A stretch of 61,626 bases of DNA, counting the filler, from Albugo candida (lineage: Eukaryota), in assembly GCA_040437565.1 (NCBI GenBank). It is 5 parts of 5 records of this genome, joined end to end, with 100 filler letters (N's around TTAATTAATTAA, not from the genome) between each part and the next. Parts side by side here need not be neighbours in the genome. Positions count along the whole stretch, not along the records: positions 13,659 to 26,145 come from JBDOQK010000107.1; positions 26,246 to 38,154 come from JBDOQK010000108.1; 3 more parts are not named here. One strand, given 5' to 3'. The stretch's first letter is position 1; each line of letters begins with the position of its first letter. Below, in pieces: positions 13,559-26,411 of this stretch. A program made the translations under genes and the position numbers. The notes under the pieces are model-generated. The model made no database searches. It had not been told where the DNA came from and saw only the letters and a list, made by a program, of their open reading frames with translations.

Positions 13559-13658
13559 NNNNNNNNNNNNNNNNNNNNNNNNNNNNNNNNNNNNNNNNNN
13601 NNTTAATTAATTAANNNNNNNNNNNNNNNNNNNNNNNNNNNNNNNNNNNNNNNNNNNN
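13559..13658. other. Artificial scaffold spacer (N44-TTAATTAATTAA-N44)
   Basis: 100-bp linker with stop codons in all six frames; the same linker recurs three more times. Confidence 0.97.
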
Positions 13659-13851
13659 ACCCTAAACCCTAAACCCTAACACCCTAACACCCTAACACCC
13701 TAACACCCTAACACCCTAACACCCTAACACCCTAACACCCTAACACCCTAACACCCTAACACCCTAACACCCTACACCCTACACCCTACACCCTACACCC
13801 TACACCCTACACCCTACACCCTACACCCTACACCCTACAACCTAAAACCCT
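13659..13851. repeat. Telomeric array with variant repeats (chromosome end to the left)
   Basis: CCCTAAA x2 (13660-13673), CCCTAACA x12 (13674-13769), CCCTACA x10 (13770-13839), then degenerate ACCTAAAACCCT; located at the very start of a scaffold. Confidence 0.92.
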
Positions 13852-16800
13852 CTTCTTTCTTTTGAATCTAGTAGAATTATAAAAAAAATTCAATTATATT
13901 GTAAAGTATGCTAGCCCATTTTCTATTTTATCTTTTTCTGCAATGAGTCGGCCGCATTCCAAAGTATGGCATATCTGTAACTCTCCACCATTTCTAGGTT
14001 ACGTGATAGAATACTGGAGAAGAGCAGTGCGACCAAACGAGTCAGAAATGACGTAGCTTATGCAGACACTACATACGAGACTAATCCTTTTTTGTCAGTC
14101 TGCTACAGTGGGAACTTGGTAAATATGATTATGCTTGCTTCAAGAGGAAGATCCGTGAGTCTCGACTCAGGAAAGATGCGGAAGAACGGGAATGCATAAG
14201 TATGAGGAATGAAGATGTAAAAAAGGACCGATGCAGCTTCGACATTCCCCGTCGAAGATGATTGGACTTGTCTTGCTGAAGAATATCGAGAACTTCTAGA
14301 TCGACTGGAATATCGAGCACAAAATTATATTTCGATATTCCAGATCAAGTGCTTCTACGTGCTTCCGACATTGAAGCAAAGATTGAAGCACATCTTAATT
14401 GACACCAAAAATAGGGAATAATATATATTTTTGTCGGGGCAAACTAGATCTTAGCCATAGATAAGCAAGTCTATGAAGGATCGGCTGTCTTATACACAAC
14501 AAACCATTATTCCCAATATCCACATAATGATTGTCTATATCTAAAATCAGTAATCATGATCAAAATCTGCGAACTGCTAGCATAAATTATTGCTGAAGAA
14601 CGCAAATTGCAGAAATCAGTCGCAGATAACGCACATTCGTGCCACATTTGAAAGCACTGGACTTAGCTTGTTCCGAGGAGCAACTCTTAGGCCAACACGT
14701 TCGATATGACACATGCTGGACGCTCAGTAACTTGAGGTTTCGCCTTGGCTTCATGATCCGACCGATGGAAATACTACGTACAATTAGTGTTGCGGAAACA
14801 GGTACAGATTCCCCAGTTTAGTCAAATAGATTTGTGCATATGTATTGTGATACAATTCCTAGTTCATTCCCGTTTTTGCTCTCATGCAAGCCTCCCGTCA
14901 ATTACAATCATTTAGCTATATTTGATTAGTGTTTGATGCAGCATTAAAGGAAGTACGAAGCAAGAAATTGGTTTCCGTTGTAAAAGAGCCCATAGTCTTG
15001 CGATAGAATAAGCACGCATATATCACTCAGTTTTTATGACACACTACTTTGATGAAGTCTAAACACATCGACTATCCGACGAAACAACTTAAATCCGTCA
15101 AGTGCAATCCAAGGTATGACTCAAAGATTGCTATTCGTTTCTCACGAACCTTACATATTTGTAGATGATAAGGATATTCTATCACCTATGCAGAGGTCTG
15201 ACTGTCATTCTGAACATTAAATGTCAGACAGCAAAAATAACTTACCATCGACATGTTTGCGTTTAAGGGCTGGAAGCTGATGTTTTCACAATTACTTCCC
15301 CCAGTGATTTCTAATGTAGCAGGTCAAAATTTAAGCTTTGTGAGAGCTGGTGGGAGCGTCTGAGAAGCTGCATCCATTTTCCGGGATCGCCTCACTGATA
15401 CAATCAAATGAAAACGCTCGAGGCCAGCTCGTTGAAACGCTCATTTACCAAGATGCTTAGAGGTTAGTATGCTGACTGCTTGATGTGGTATCAAATATTA
15501 GAACGCTGCCCGTTCTGAATGGTCTGTCGTTTCTGTAGGAAGGTGTCTTGATCCAAATGCATTGAAAGCGCAAAGTGGTTCCTAAGAGATATATGTTTTT
15601 GTCGATCGGAATGTTGGAGTTTGACAGCTCACTGAGCAGTTTCAAGTGCAGAGACAGTGGTCCGATCGGTATTTTCTTAAGCGCCGCAAAAAGGAAAGCG
15701 TGAGTGTCGTTTTCGTAAAGAAGGACTCAAACTCATCAATTGACTTCATTAAGACCACATGGCGAGATAGGGTTTGTTTTTGTCTTGATCTCTTAAATAT
15801 TCCCAAGAAGGCAATATCTGCGTGTCCTCGCCAAATAATGCCAAGATTCTACATCGGGATGCTTTGAGCAGTCCGAAACTTCCTCGTCCATAATGCGGTG
15901 AATATCGATAAGATCCAGACAAGAAGCACGGAGTAAACGTAAACATTCGAGATTCTATAAAGAATGTGAGTTGCCGTCAATCTTGCAGAAAGCATTGTCT
16001 GATACCGCAGGATCAACTGTTTTGTTTTCGATTAGAGTTATAGAGCGGGTGTAATACAACACAGAGAAGAGAAGGACAAGACTGCTTTTTGATTGCGTCA
16101 AGCTCTAAACACACACATTGAGCGATGCAAGTGCTTTGAGAAGCTGATCAATATGTTCCTGATGATTCTCACTTACCTTTATTTCGGAACATGTACGGTA
16201 TTTCTCGGAACGTCTCCGAATCATTACGTCTTCGAAACAGGGCACCATATACATAAAACACGATCAAATACATCCTGCCCGATTCCATTCGTCGCTAGTC
16301 GAGGATTTGATGGGTAGTGACAATCACATTGGCGCTACAAGTCAGATTGTGGCTTAGATTCCGCAGTGCAATTGCACCAGACGCGCGATTTGCTTTGTTC
16401 ACAACAAATACTCATTTAGAGACAGGAGCTCCATTTTTCATAGACCTTCATTGGCAACATAAGCCCAACTGAATCCTTCATTTCTCTCCACTAAAATCTT
16501 GTAAAACGCTCTGTCGGTATGACTCAGTACCGATGTTTTTAACGATAATCACACCTTGAAAGAGGTGGAGAGCGTAATTTGCGATGGCAAGTATATTAAG
16601 AAGAAAGCGAAAAGCACGCGGAGAGCTTACTTCATTCAGTCAATGAAACTCGTGCGTATTGTATCACAGCTGTCACAACTCGGATACAATTTCTGCACCA
16701 ACTTCTTATAGACCGTTTCAAACATGCCATATTTCCACTCAAACTTGAGCCATACAGATTTTTCAGCTGCTTCATGGCATAGTTTCTGCTTTTTTCTCTT

Positions 16801-19586
16801 ACTTCTTCTCGGTTCAACCGATTGGTCTTCTCATGCTGTCTCGCTTTCATGTGCTCTCGAGCATGTTTTTTCCTATCGACTTTATGGATGTGTACATTTG
16901 CACGTGTATGCTTGCTATCCACCCGTGACTGTGACCTTTTCCGCGATTGAGATGGCCAATATTTTTGGTATGATCGATCTTTCCCAGCCATTAGAACTTT
17001 TCGCCCGAACTCTGTCTATCATACTTTAGCTATTGTAGAAGCGGAGAGATATTGTCGAGCAAAGTCGAAGGCTTGTTGCGTGCAAATCCTTACATACTCC
17101 CCGCTACGCTTGAATTGTGTCCAGGTTAGCAAGAAAAGGAGTTCCCTCTTGGTGAACTTGTGCGAAGAATTCAGTGTTTTGCGCGATGAACGTGGCGACA
17201 AGGTGGTCTCCCTACGTGATTAAATTTCTATCCAAAAAGCTTGCATCCACATCTGTATCTTCATTGCGAATGATATTGACAAAATCAGTTGCGGTAGACA
17301 TAAAAGAGACATCGCTTTAGCTTATACCAGTGTATCATCTCGTTCAGCGCCTTCAATTTTCAAAGTCGACTTTGTAATTGAGCTTTTTGCACAACAGAAA
17401 ATAAACTGAGTCCGACACCGATCTGATCGTTCGATTGCTTTCTTCATACTCGAAAACGCCAATATTGTGTCATTGAATGTGATCCAACGATTCGCCTCTG
17501 AGTTGTCGAGATGATGCTCATTTCCATCGCTCACCCAACAGAAGCGTTAGTAATGACCGGAAATAGCGGTCAGGCCGCTCTGTGTCAAAAATATGGTAAG
17601 CACATAGTCCCGATCACGAGAATATGAATGTGGTGGCTCTTCTTCATGATTTTATGAATGGTTTCTTTATCATTGAGAGATACATGTGGAAGTGTCGGAT
17701 GGGCAGGGAATTCAACATCACGGAGACCTTTTTGAGGAATTTTGTTGCTCGACGTCGTAATTCATACGTTTGAAAGTTCAGTATGAGATGGTTGGGGGAA
17801 AATGACCACTTTATGTGTGTGGGATTCCGTTTTTTTCTGATATCGAGAGCATGATAAGGTATCCAGGCCTCCCATTGTACGGGTCGCGATGAATCGTTTA
17901 GCTTCAAAACGATTTCGTGTCACCAGACACGTGCAGATAAGATGCACTTGCTGACTTTCCATTTACTATCATTATCCTTCTTGAAGGCTATCTATCAGTA
18001 ACAATCCTTTCGTAGACACCTGGAACGTCCGCTTCCAATTGAATTGATTCTTTTGCTGATTTGCTACTAGAGGTCTCAACGGTAAGCTGTAACATCCCCA
18101 CATCTCGGAGAAAAGAACTAATCGGCGCTTTGACAGCTGAAATGCGAGGAAACACTTCTTAACTACGCTCCCACTACATCTTTCTTATGACGTTTTGAGC
18201 CATACAATCTTCTTTCAAATCAGATGCATTTGTGACCCCATAGATGCTAACTCTATTCAGCTAAATCTTTTTCAAGCAGGACCAAAATGCACTACATAAA
18301 GAAACGGAGATCGTCCGTGCCGTATTGCTGCTCTGATTAGAGTACGTAGTACATCTGCAACGTGAATGATGATCAACGTGGTTAAAATGAGCATGTCTTC
18401 GATATAACTCTATAACACAAATATATACTTCGGCTCCATTCTGGTGGGAACCGAACAAATGTCAATTTGAAATATTTAAAGCTAGAACCATGCTTGAACC
18501 ATGCTTGATACCGGTCGGCCATATAAAAAAAGCTCAAGCAATTACAGGAAGCACGACGAACTATTCGAACCTTTAAGGTTTTCGAGAGATTTGTGCGGAT
18601 TTTGTGTGAGGATTTTCGAGATGATGAATCAATCCGAGTTGTGAATGCATTGAGACATACTTTCACATCAAGGTACCAAATGAACCCAAAAATGCTAATA
18701 TTTGCTATAAACTGCATTGCAAATTCTTGAACACAATTTCTTGGAGCCGTGCTCGGTATGTCTTCCGATTCGTGTCGAAAGGCTTAGGCGCCATACTTGA
18801 AACCGGATAATGGGTCTAAAATAACCTATATCCTAGCAACCAGTTGATTTTGCGCATCCGTTTCTGGCTCAGTCTATGCTGAAACGACCCCAGTTGTGTT
18901 TATTGAAGCGCTCACGCTCCCGAATTGAGGATGCACTCATCCACAGCAATACTAAGCTGTCTTTAGACTTGTGGACGTTGAAGAATGACGGTTTATCGCG
19001 AGAACAGGTATACTAGTGCTTAACCTTCAAAGTTAATAATGTTCAAATCTGACTTTTTCTGTTTATAATTACGTAAGAAGAAGTCTATAAACTAATTTTA
19101 CTTATGATTCGAGTCGTAAATGTGACGCTAAAATAGCCAGTTGCACTTCAGCTCCATCGTGTCACAGACACGTTTCTGCATTCTTTGATGGCGTCCTGCG
19201 CATTCTTCACGTCCCCGTCAAGTGAATCGTAAGCCAAAGGCCTCGACTGCTGTCCTACATCCAGTTTAAGTATGAAGCTACCGCCATCAATTCTCCGGTC
19301 CAGCTTGATCCTTTGGATCTCAAGAAGACCAAAGGGTTCTCTCTCTCATTATTCGATCAGATATCCTTCTATCTCGCTTCCACCGTCATAAAGTGGACTG
19401 TAGAAGTTGATTTGAAGAGATTTTATGAATAGCAAAACATTGAAGGGTGTGACTATTTCCAAAGACGTTTTGACTAATGGCACAGACAGAACATCCCTGA
19501 TTGGCTAATTTGTGGAAACTAGTATAATTGGCTAAATTGTGTGATTCATCGATCGTTTTCACCATTCCCAAACAAGTTTTCAATAT

Positions 19587-21786
19587 TGCCACAGACAAAA
19601 CATGTCTGATTGGCTAATTTGTGTAAACTAAAATAATCAATCGATAGGATGCGTATATCAATGCGTCTACCTAAGGTTTATAATAGTATTTTTATTTGAT
19701 GTTTTTCTTGCACTTCTTCGAGGCCGAGCGGTGCCATGCTTCCCCACAAGCTCTGCATAAAAGTTTTTTGAGTTTTCCTTGGGTTCGACATATCCGAACC
19801 CAGATGAATTGCGTCACGTCGATCCATTTCGCTGGCGCGTCCTTCCTTTGGGGCGCGCACTTACTGCCTATTGATAAGTTTTTTGAATTTGTTACTAAAG
19901 TGTATGGATTTTGTCGAGTGTCGTAGCCTGCTGATGTTCTGGCAAGGCCTCAAAGCAGGTGGCCACTTGATCAAGTAACATCGGGAGACTTTTAGCTGGA
20001 CGCAGCGAAGAGAACTTAGTTGGTGGGGCTTAGCCAAGTGCCAATGCGGATGGATGTCGCTCATTTGCAAGGTTTGTTTTTGACACAGGTATTGACGCAG
20101 TTTGTGCTTACAGTGAAGACCCCAGACTGTGGAAAATACTCTAGAGCATACTTCTTCGTCGTTTCTTTGTAACTGGCGGGCAACAAACACTCAACTGCTC
20201 GTAGATTTTATTCAGTGCAAAATGAGAAGTTTACAAGTTGGTATCCCGAAACATCATTCCTTGAAGCGTTGGCTGTGCATAGTTGCATATTCTCCCTTGT
20301 TGACGCTGTCGGGACACAACGTGCTCGGCAAGAATATTTTTAATAGATAAGTATAATTTTTCGCAGCATGGCAGAAGGTTTTTTCATGCTAGTTGGAATG
20401 TATTTCTTGAGCATGTGGTGAGCGCTTTTACCAGGCAAGCTTGCAGTATGACCGAAATGAGTTATACGGTCAGTCCAAGCAGTAACAAACATTTCTTTGT
20501 ACGGTATCCATCTTTCGACAATATGTTTGATGATTGCACTGTCTGCATGCAATTAGACTTTGCCTTAGTTCATTGAAAAAGGATTCTGTTTGTGCGTACA
20601 TGATTGCTCTCCAATCTTTCATGACGGCTATCTATTTCTTCTTATTTTGGAATAGATGCCTTGCATTTTTTCACCATGTTTTTTTAATATGCCGTACAGA
20701 TAGGAAAATTTGGGAAGCAGGCATGTGTTCTTGAATTCCTGAAATTGGCGCCAGCCCGCGATCAACGACAACAACTTCGGGAGAAATCCGTCCCTAAAGA
20801 TCAATCGAAAGCATTTTATAGCTGATGAGTATGAGTATTGATTCTCGTTCGTCAAGAAAACAAATACGACGAAACATGTTTTATACATCGACGAGCAACC
20901 AACGAGATGCCACAACGGAAGCTTTAGAGCATTTGTCTTGTATGTGGCTCCGAGCCATCTCGATAGATCTTGGATGGGCAAAGTACAGGTGGGAAACTTT
21001 GCCGTCTTCATTGCTCACTATTCTTTCAACATCAAATTATAATCTGCGAATCATCTGTACAATGGCATCCATGGGTATACGGCCATCCAAAGTTTTGAGA
21101 ATCGTGGCTTGGTGGACGTTATTCAGTTTTGTCTAGGCAGAACAAGTCCATGATTATTCTGCAAACATGTTTGAATGTTTCTCGTTGAGATCCCAGCATC
21201 ATACAATCCAACTATTGCCTTCTTCAGTTCTGTTTCGAGTCTGAGGTGGACAGGATTGGCACTTGTGGAGGTGGATGTCATATGATTATGATCCTCTTTA
21301 ACCACGTGGAAAGTCCAGCGCAGTTCATCCTGTATGGCTTTCAAGCGAAAAGGACTATTGGCGAGTACTGTCGAAGTCTTTTGTGTTGTATTCTCTTCCG
21401 TTATACCAAGCCTATTGCAGTAAGACCCTCCTCGGTCACATTTGTAATGGACCGAATAGTGCCTGTTACGCTATTTGTATGGTGATTTGGTCATTATCCC
21501 ATAGCCTTGGGTTGCAGCGAATTCATTTAATGCCTTTCTCATCGCTTGAGAGAACTATAGTCAACCCCAAAAAGTCCGGTTGGTAGCTGCAGCAATTTAT
21601 TCTGAACAATGACATCATATTCTTTCATGTATTTTGAACTCATTGTTTGCTTGAAAGCCGGTATCATTGCGCAAGTGGAAATGTGTATGGTATTATGTAT
21701 CTATCTTACGTAGACGCAGCCATATATCGATCAATTTATATTAGTTTGCACAAATTAGCCAATCAGAGAAGTTTTTATCTGTGGCA
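19587..21786 (-). mobile_element. Mutator/MULE DNA transposon relic with inverted repeats
   Basis: Left TGCCACAGACAAAACATGTCTGATTGGCTAATTTGTGTAAACTAA is inverted relative to right TTAGTTTGCACAAATTAGCCAATCAGAGAAGTTTTTATCTGTGGCA; these enclose a MULE transposase relic. The true left end may lie near 19480. Confidence 0.85.
19860..21560 (-). pseudogene. MULE transposase (FAR1-like, MULE DDE, SWIM), disrupted
   Basis: Motifs TYKTNALKLPLWHLVG, FVTAWTDRITHFGHTAS...SAHHMLKKY, and SWIM-like CSRVFSTVWGLHCKHKL...IHPHWHL, across frameshifted ORFs. Ends approximate. Confidence 0.88.
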
Positions 21787-24239
21787 TCAGTCGAAACGTC
21801 GGTGGCAATGGTCACACCAACATTGAAACGTGGTCCGGGTAGTGTTTCCTCTATCCAATCGGTAGTGGCCTCTTGTGAATGTTGTCTATTCCATCAGGAT
21901 CAAGGCTTGATGATTTGTGGGAAAGAGACCAAAGTGAGACCAAAGCGAGCATATGCGAGGACGAGAAACACAATAGCGAAATTCCATGGGATTTGCGGAA
22001 CTTTAGTATTACATTATGAAGACGATGTTCAGCCATAGCGATCGTATTTCATACAAACCAATTTCGGCGTTGGAATTGTACAAAGGCGTCGCAATTTCAT
22101 CATCAAACCATCCAGAATCAAATTGTTATCGACCCAAAAACGAGCACAGTGTAGCGTATGCGTCGTAAATTTAACCCTTCGAGAAAGGATGCCTTTATAG
22201 CTTTCCCATCGCCCACTGGTCGAATCCCCTCCATCGGGTACAATTCATCCATTTTCTCAATCGAAGTCGATGACGATACACAGACGGATCGCCATACAGC
22301 CTTCGATTGGTAAAGAGTAGCCCAATGATTCCATTTGGACCTGCTACTTGTATCGATCAACAGGTCATACGATCCAGCTCGTGGTGCTGTCCAAGTCGCG
22401 AAGTATTTGTCTGGCTTGGTCGATGACTATCTGACTTTGACCGGAACTTGTGAGATTCCAAAAAGATTGGATCGAAATTGAAGTCCAGGTCTTCCGTAAT
22501 GAGAGCGTAATACGGCGCCATTGGAAGCCGTTTTCGGCGATGGACACGAGAATGTGGCATCGACATTTTTACCAGACAGATCAGCATACAAAAGACCCAT
22601 CACCATACTTTGTTGCTTCGCAGACGAAAGCTTGATCATCCGAATGCCATTGACTGGTTGATTAACGTTGGACGCGCAGATAGACGACAGCTTTTCGAGA
22701 GATTCTTCATGTCGTATGAGGTGATGTCGAACGCAACTGGAGATGTGGGCGAATTGAAATATTGCAGCGTGAAGCTTCCCGAAAGTTCCAAATCAAAACG
22801 AAATTTCCACCTTATGTGTACGAAAACGGTCACAGCTCTTGACGTTTGCTCCAATTCGACTATCTGCTGTAGATGGAGGATTGGACATTTGCAATTGGGC
22901 CGTATAGACACGTACAGCCTCGATATCCTCGATATCGACAGCAAATGCAACAACAAAAGTATACGCTGATGGAGTCTGTTTTTGACGTCACACGGACTGG
23001 AAAGAGTGCTTTGCGTCGAAGCGGATCCTTTGAATTGTGAATTTGGACCCGTCGGAGCCCTGAAGCCGAATCCAATCGCCAAAGTCAGTTGTAAAGTCCA
23101 TCGAACTCCAATTTGTGACCTGAATGATCTTTGAATGCGTAGATACTAGAGCTGTCATAGCGATAAGCTCGTTTGAGTCGGTTATTGTGACGTTGATTGC
23201 TCCTAGCAACGGACTAAGGCCATCAATGATACCGATGGGATCCGTCCAGTTGCTTCCAAAGTTGAGGCGAAAAGTACCCAATGATTTGGAAAATAGGCGA
23301 GCTTGGAGCTATCGGTGGGTTGTTTTGCACGAACAATTGAATGATTTGGATCTCTTGAGCCTAATAACCGCTTTGAGCGTTCAAAAAGCACTCCTACTAA
23401 TCCCTTTCAGCACCATCAATTGTATTGGCAAATAAATCTTTTGACTCAATGAGGAATGTGTTTTCAAAGGCAAATGCTCTCGTCTGAATACTTCTGTGAC
23501 TGAAACCCAAGTCTATCGCTGGTGTTGTAGAAGGTTTTACCAGTCCATGAGCTACTACTGCTGTGAATGTAGAGCTACCATCTTGTATAATCAGCCATCG
23601 GGAGAACTTCACCACGATTTCTCAAGAATTTTGATTGTTGCGACATCCATCCAAACTTTGCAGAATTCTTTCAATGGAGAAAATTCTCAAGTAGAGCTTC
23701 TGTGTTAGTCAAAAATCCGGCCATCTGACATCTGAGATTGCGATTTAGATGGTTTTCTTGCATGAAATGTTACCGCCCATTCGATACTTCCAAGCTGTTG
23801 ATATTGTCGAGTCCGTCCATAGCTGATAATGCGACTTGCAATTCGTCTGTGCTGGCTGACACGAGAATTCCATAAGTCTCCTGGTAATTGTAGGAAAGTT
23901 CTTGAGACTCTTTGGGCACTCGTTTTACCGATCACAATCATTTGATTCTCATTCTGAAAAAAACTCCCTGGTAGAGCGTGTGTATATTATCGCGAGTTGA
24001 GAATTGAACGACAAAAACGTTTAGTTTGGCCGGTGTCGATTTTGTACTTCCAGCTCCAAAAGGTTGAAATCAGCGCACAGCAGCGATGAAGAAGAGAACT
24101 GAGAGGTAAAGTCTTACAAAGTGATTATACAGTATAATCCAAAGTTGAAAGAGTTGACTTCTGTTGTGCCCTTCCGATAAAAATTCGATCTTTTAGCAAT
24201 ATGAGCCATACAATAAAACCACAGACGTAAAATTGCAAG

Positions 24240-24745
24240 ATTATGGGTCCAATGGGACGTCGATGCCGAAACGAGAGCCAAAGTACAAAAACTAATCGAC
24301 TCAAAAGACAAAATATCACAAAGAAAATGTTTAGCAGTCGCTTCGAATTCGGAACCGCTGGACTGCGGGGGTTAATGGGATCGAGAATCAATGCAATGAA
24401 TGGTCTTATCATCATCCAAACCACTTAGGTTCTATGCAATACCTGAGTGCCACGTTAAGCATTGAATTCAAGATAATGGGAATTGCTGTTGTATACGATC
24501 ATCGACGACAAGAGAGTCTGAATTTGAAGCGTTTTGCAGAGCCGACCAGCCACTGTGGCGCTTCCCTTTGCCTGTAAAGTGTTTCTTATCACGAATTTAT
24601 TCCAGTTCCACTGATTCCGTACTTAATCGAGAAGAAACGCTGCGCGGCTGGTGTCATGATAACTGCATGCATAATTCAAAGAACGACAATGACTACATGT
24701 ATGGGCAGAATGTATGTCAAATCATATCGCCTCAGGACACTCTAT
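24240..24745 (+). pseudogene. PGM2: Phosphoglucomutase-2/phosphopentomutase N-terminal fragment
   Basis: FEFGTAGLRGLMGSRINAMNGLIIIQTT*, YDHR, GVMITA/HNSKNDNDY and CQIISPQD match PGM2-family motifs (FGTAGLR, ITASHNP.DNGYK, QII.PHD); has stops, frameshifts and no C-terminus. Confidence 0.85.
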
Positions 24746-24984
24746 CAGAGCGTACAGTGCACGACACCTATAACCAGCACCTCCACCTGGTGCGCGAGAA
24801 ATTTTTGGGACACTCAATTACCCACTTAAAGAAAAATATCTCTCTATACCTTAAAATTACATTGCCGTGGCTATCTGGCAATAGAGTCGGACTTTTGCAA
24901 AATTTATTTTTGATGAAGTTAGAAGCCTTTGAAGTTCGGCAAATTTTGTGGTTATGTATGGAGCTTTGGAAATTTGGCCGGACA

Positions 24985-25085
24985 TCTAAAAATAGATACT
25001 TTTTTTAACCAATTAGAAAGGACCAACTAAAAATAGATAATTGTTTTAGCCAATTAGAAAGGACCATTTAAAAATAGATAATGTG
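24985..25085. repeat. ~41-bp tandem repeats (about 2.5 copies), probably transposon subterminal
   Basis: TAAAAATAGATA occurs three times and CCAATTAGAAAGGACCA twice, just downstream of the transposase stop. Confidence 0.75.
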
Positions 25086-25143
25086 TTAGAAATCTGATAC
25101 AGACTTACATATTTTCTTTGTTGGTTATGTGTATATCTGTAAT

Positions 25144-26145
25144 CTAGTTTAGAAGTGCATTAACGTTCATAAGAACAGAGGCTGGAATGCGACGGTGTGA
25201 ACGGTACTTCTTCACTGCATGTTCGGCAGCTTTTCCACTGAGATTTTACGGTAGACATCCATGTACCATTGTGTCTTGCATGCAAATCGGCGAATTGTTG
25301 TCAAGCTGATTGAGGACATTGCAGAGGGGACAGTTTCTTGCAAGCCAGCCCAGGAGTAATTGCAGTGCTTCCGTGTGTACTGCTTTGCGGCGCCCCAAAA
25401 GTTCTCAATTTAGTTCAACTCGCAATGAAATTTGGGGTAAAATATAATTTTACGCCCAGCTGCTGTAATCACCTCATCAAGTAATCCACGCTGGGCCACA
25501 AAATCTGGCTGTCGGGACATGACAGTGCGAGCGCAGCACGAAATAGTATCAGAGCATCTGACATCACTTGGGCAAACCAAACATAAGCCAGGTTGCCAAA
25601 GACCACGTTCGCTTAAAACAGCCTTGATTCCCTTTGGTTTACCACGTAGTTCCTCATTCTCATAATCGTCTGAATAAACCATGCTCTGAGGCACATTGTC
25701 TCCATAAGTCGTTGGCCTTGAGAAAGCACAGATTAATTGATTGTTTACAGTAACTACGGGGATGATTTATGTAAATCATAACTCATTTTTGTTTGCTTTC
25801 CACCAGGGCCAAGGTTCATTCTCTTTGCAACAAGTGCATCACCAGCAAAAGCAGCATGACTGGTTGCATTGTCGAAGGCAAATAAAGCTTGAGCACCAGG
25901 AAATTGAGCATTGAAGATTGGAATAGCTTTGTCACGGACTTGTACATTCAGATGCTCTGCTGTCCACCAGCCATCGCTATTCTTACCAGGCTTCATGTAA
26001 ACACAGGACTCTTTTGGTACATCAGGATACTCAAGCTGCTTTGCTTCATCGAGCGCCAAGCGCCCGCAAACATCAGTCTAAAATTCGCTAACGTGAAGGG
26101 AACGTCCTTGTCCTTTTTTTCGCAATGGCTGCTCTCCCTCCGGCA
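25144..26145 (-). mobile_element. IS630-Tc1-mariner-like DDE transposase relic, truncated by scaffold end
   Basis: GKNSDGWW, ALFAFDNATSH, PKGIKAVLSERGL, CCAR...QPDF, FYPKFHCELN*IENFWGAAK...KKYRSHRRI; in-frame stop before the catalytic E. Confidence 0.85.
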
Positions 26146-26245
26146 NNNNNNNNNNNNNNNNNNNNNNNNNNNNNNNNNNNNNNNNNNNNTTAATTAATTA
26201 ANNNNNNNNNNNNNNNNNNNNNNNNNNNNNNNNNNNNNNNNNNNN
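26146..26245. other. Artificial scaffold spacer
   Basis: N44-TTAATTAATTAA-N44. Confidence 0.97.
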
Positions 26246-26411
26246 CCTATAAGAGCTAATGATTCGGGTAATTACTTGAGCGAATAGAGCGCTGCCAACA
26301 GATATGAATCCGAGACATAATGAGAGGCGCTGAACATTTTGTAACACTCTATTACAATTTCTAGTTCTCGAGACCACTCATCATCACTACAACTACACTT
26401 CGTGTCGACAT

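Noticed and set aside
13603..13614. TTAATTAATTAA palindrome recurring four times
   Set aside because: Always centred in N runs; it is an assembly linker, not a biological site.
13659..13851. Interstitial telomere or chromosome-fusion site
   Set aside because: It appears internal only because scaffolds were concatenated; it is at a scaffold start in normal telomeric orientation.
21900..23950. Coding-like decayed region with overlapping ORFs
   Set aside because: May be a pseudogene, but I could not assign a family or strand with confidence.
24985..25085. CRISPR-like repeat array
   Set aside because: Tandem units without unique spacers, in a eukaryotic context next to a transposase, with no cas genes.
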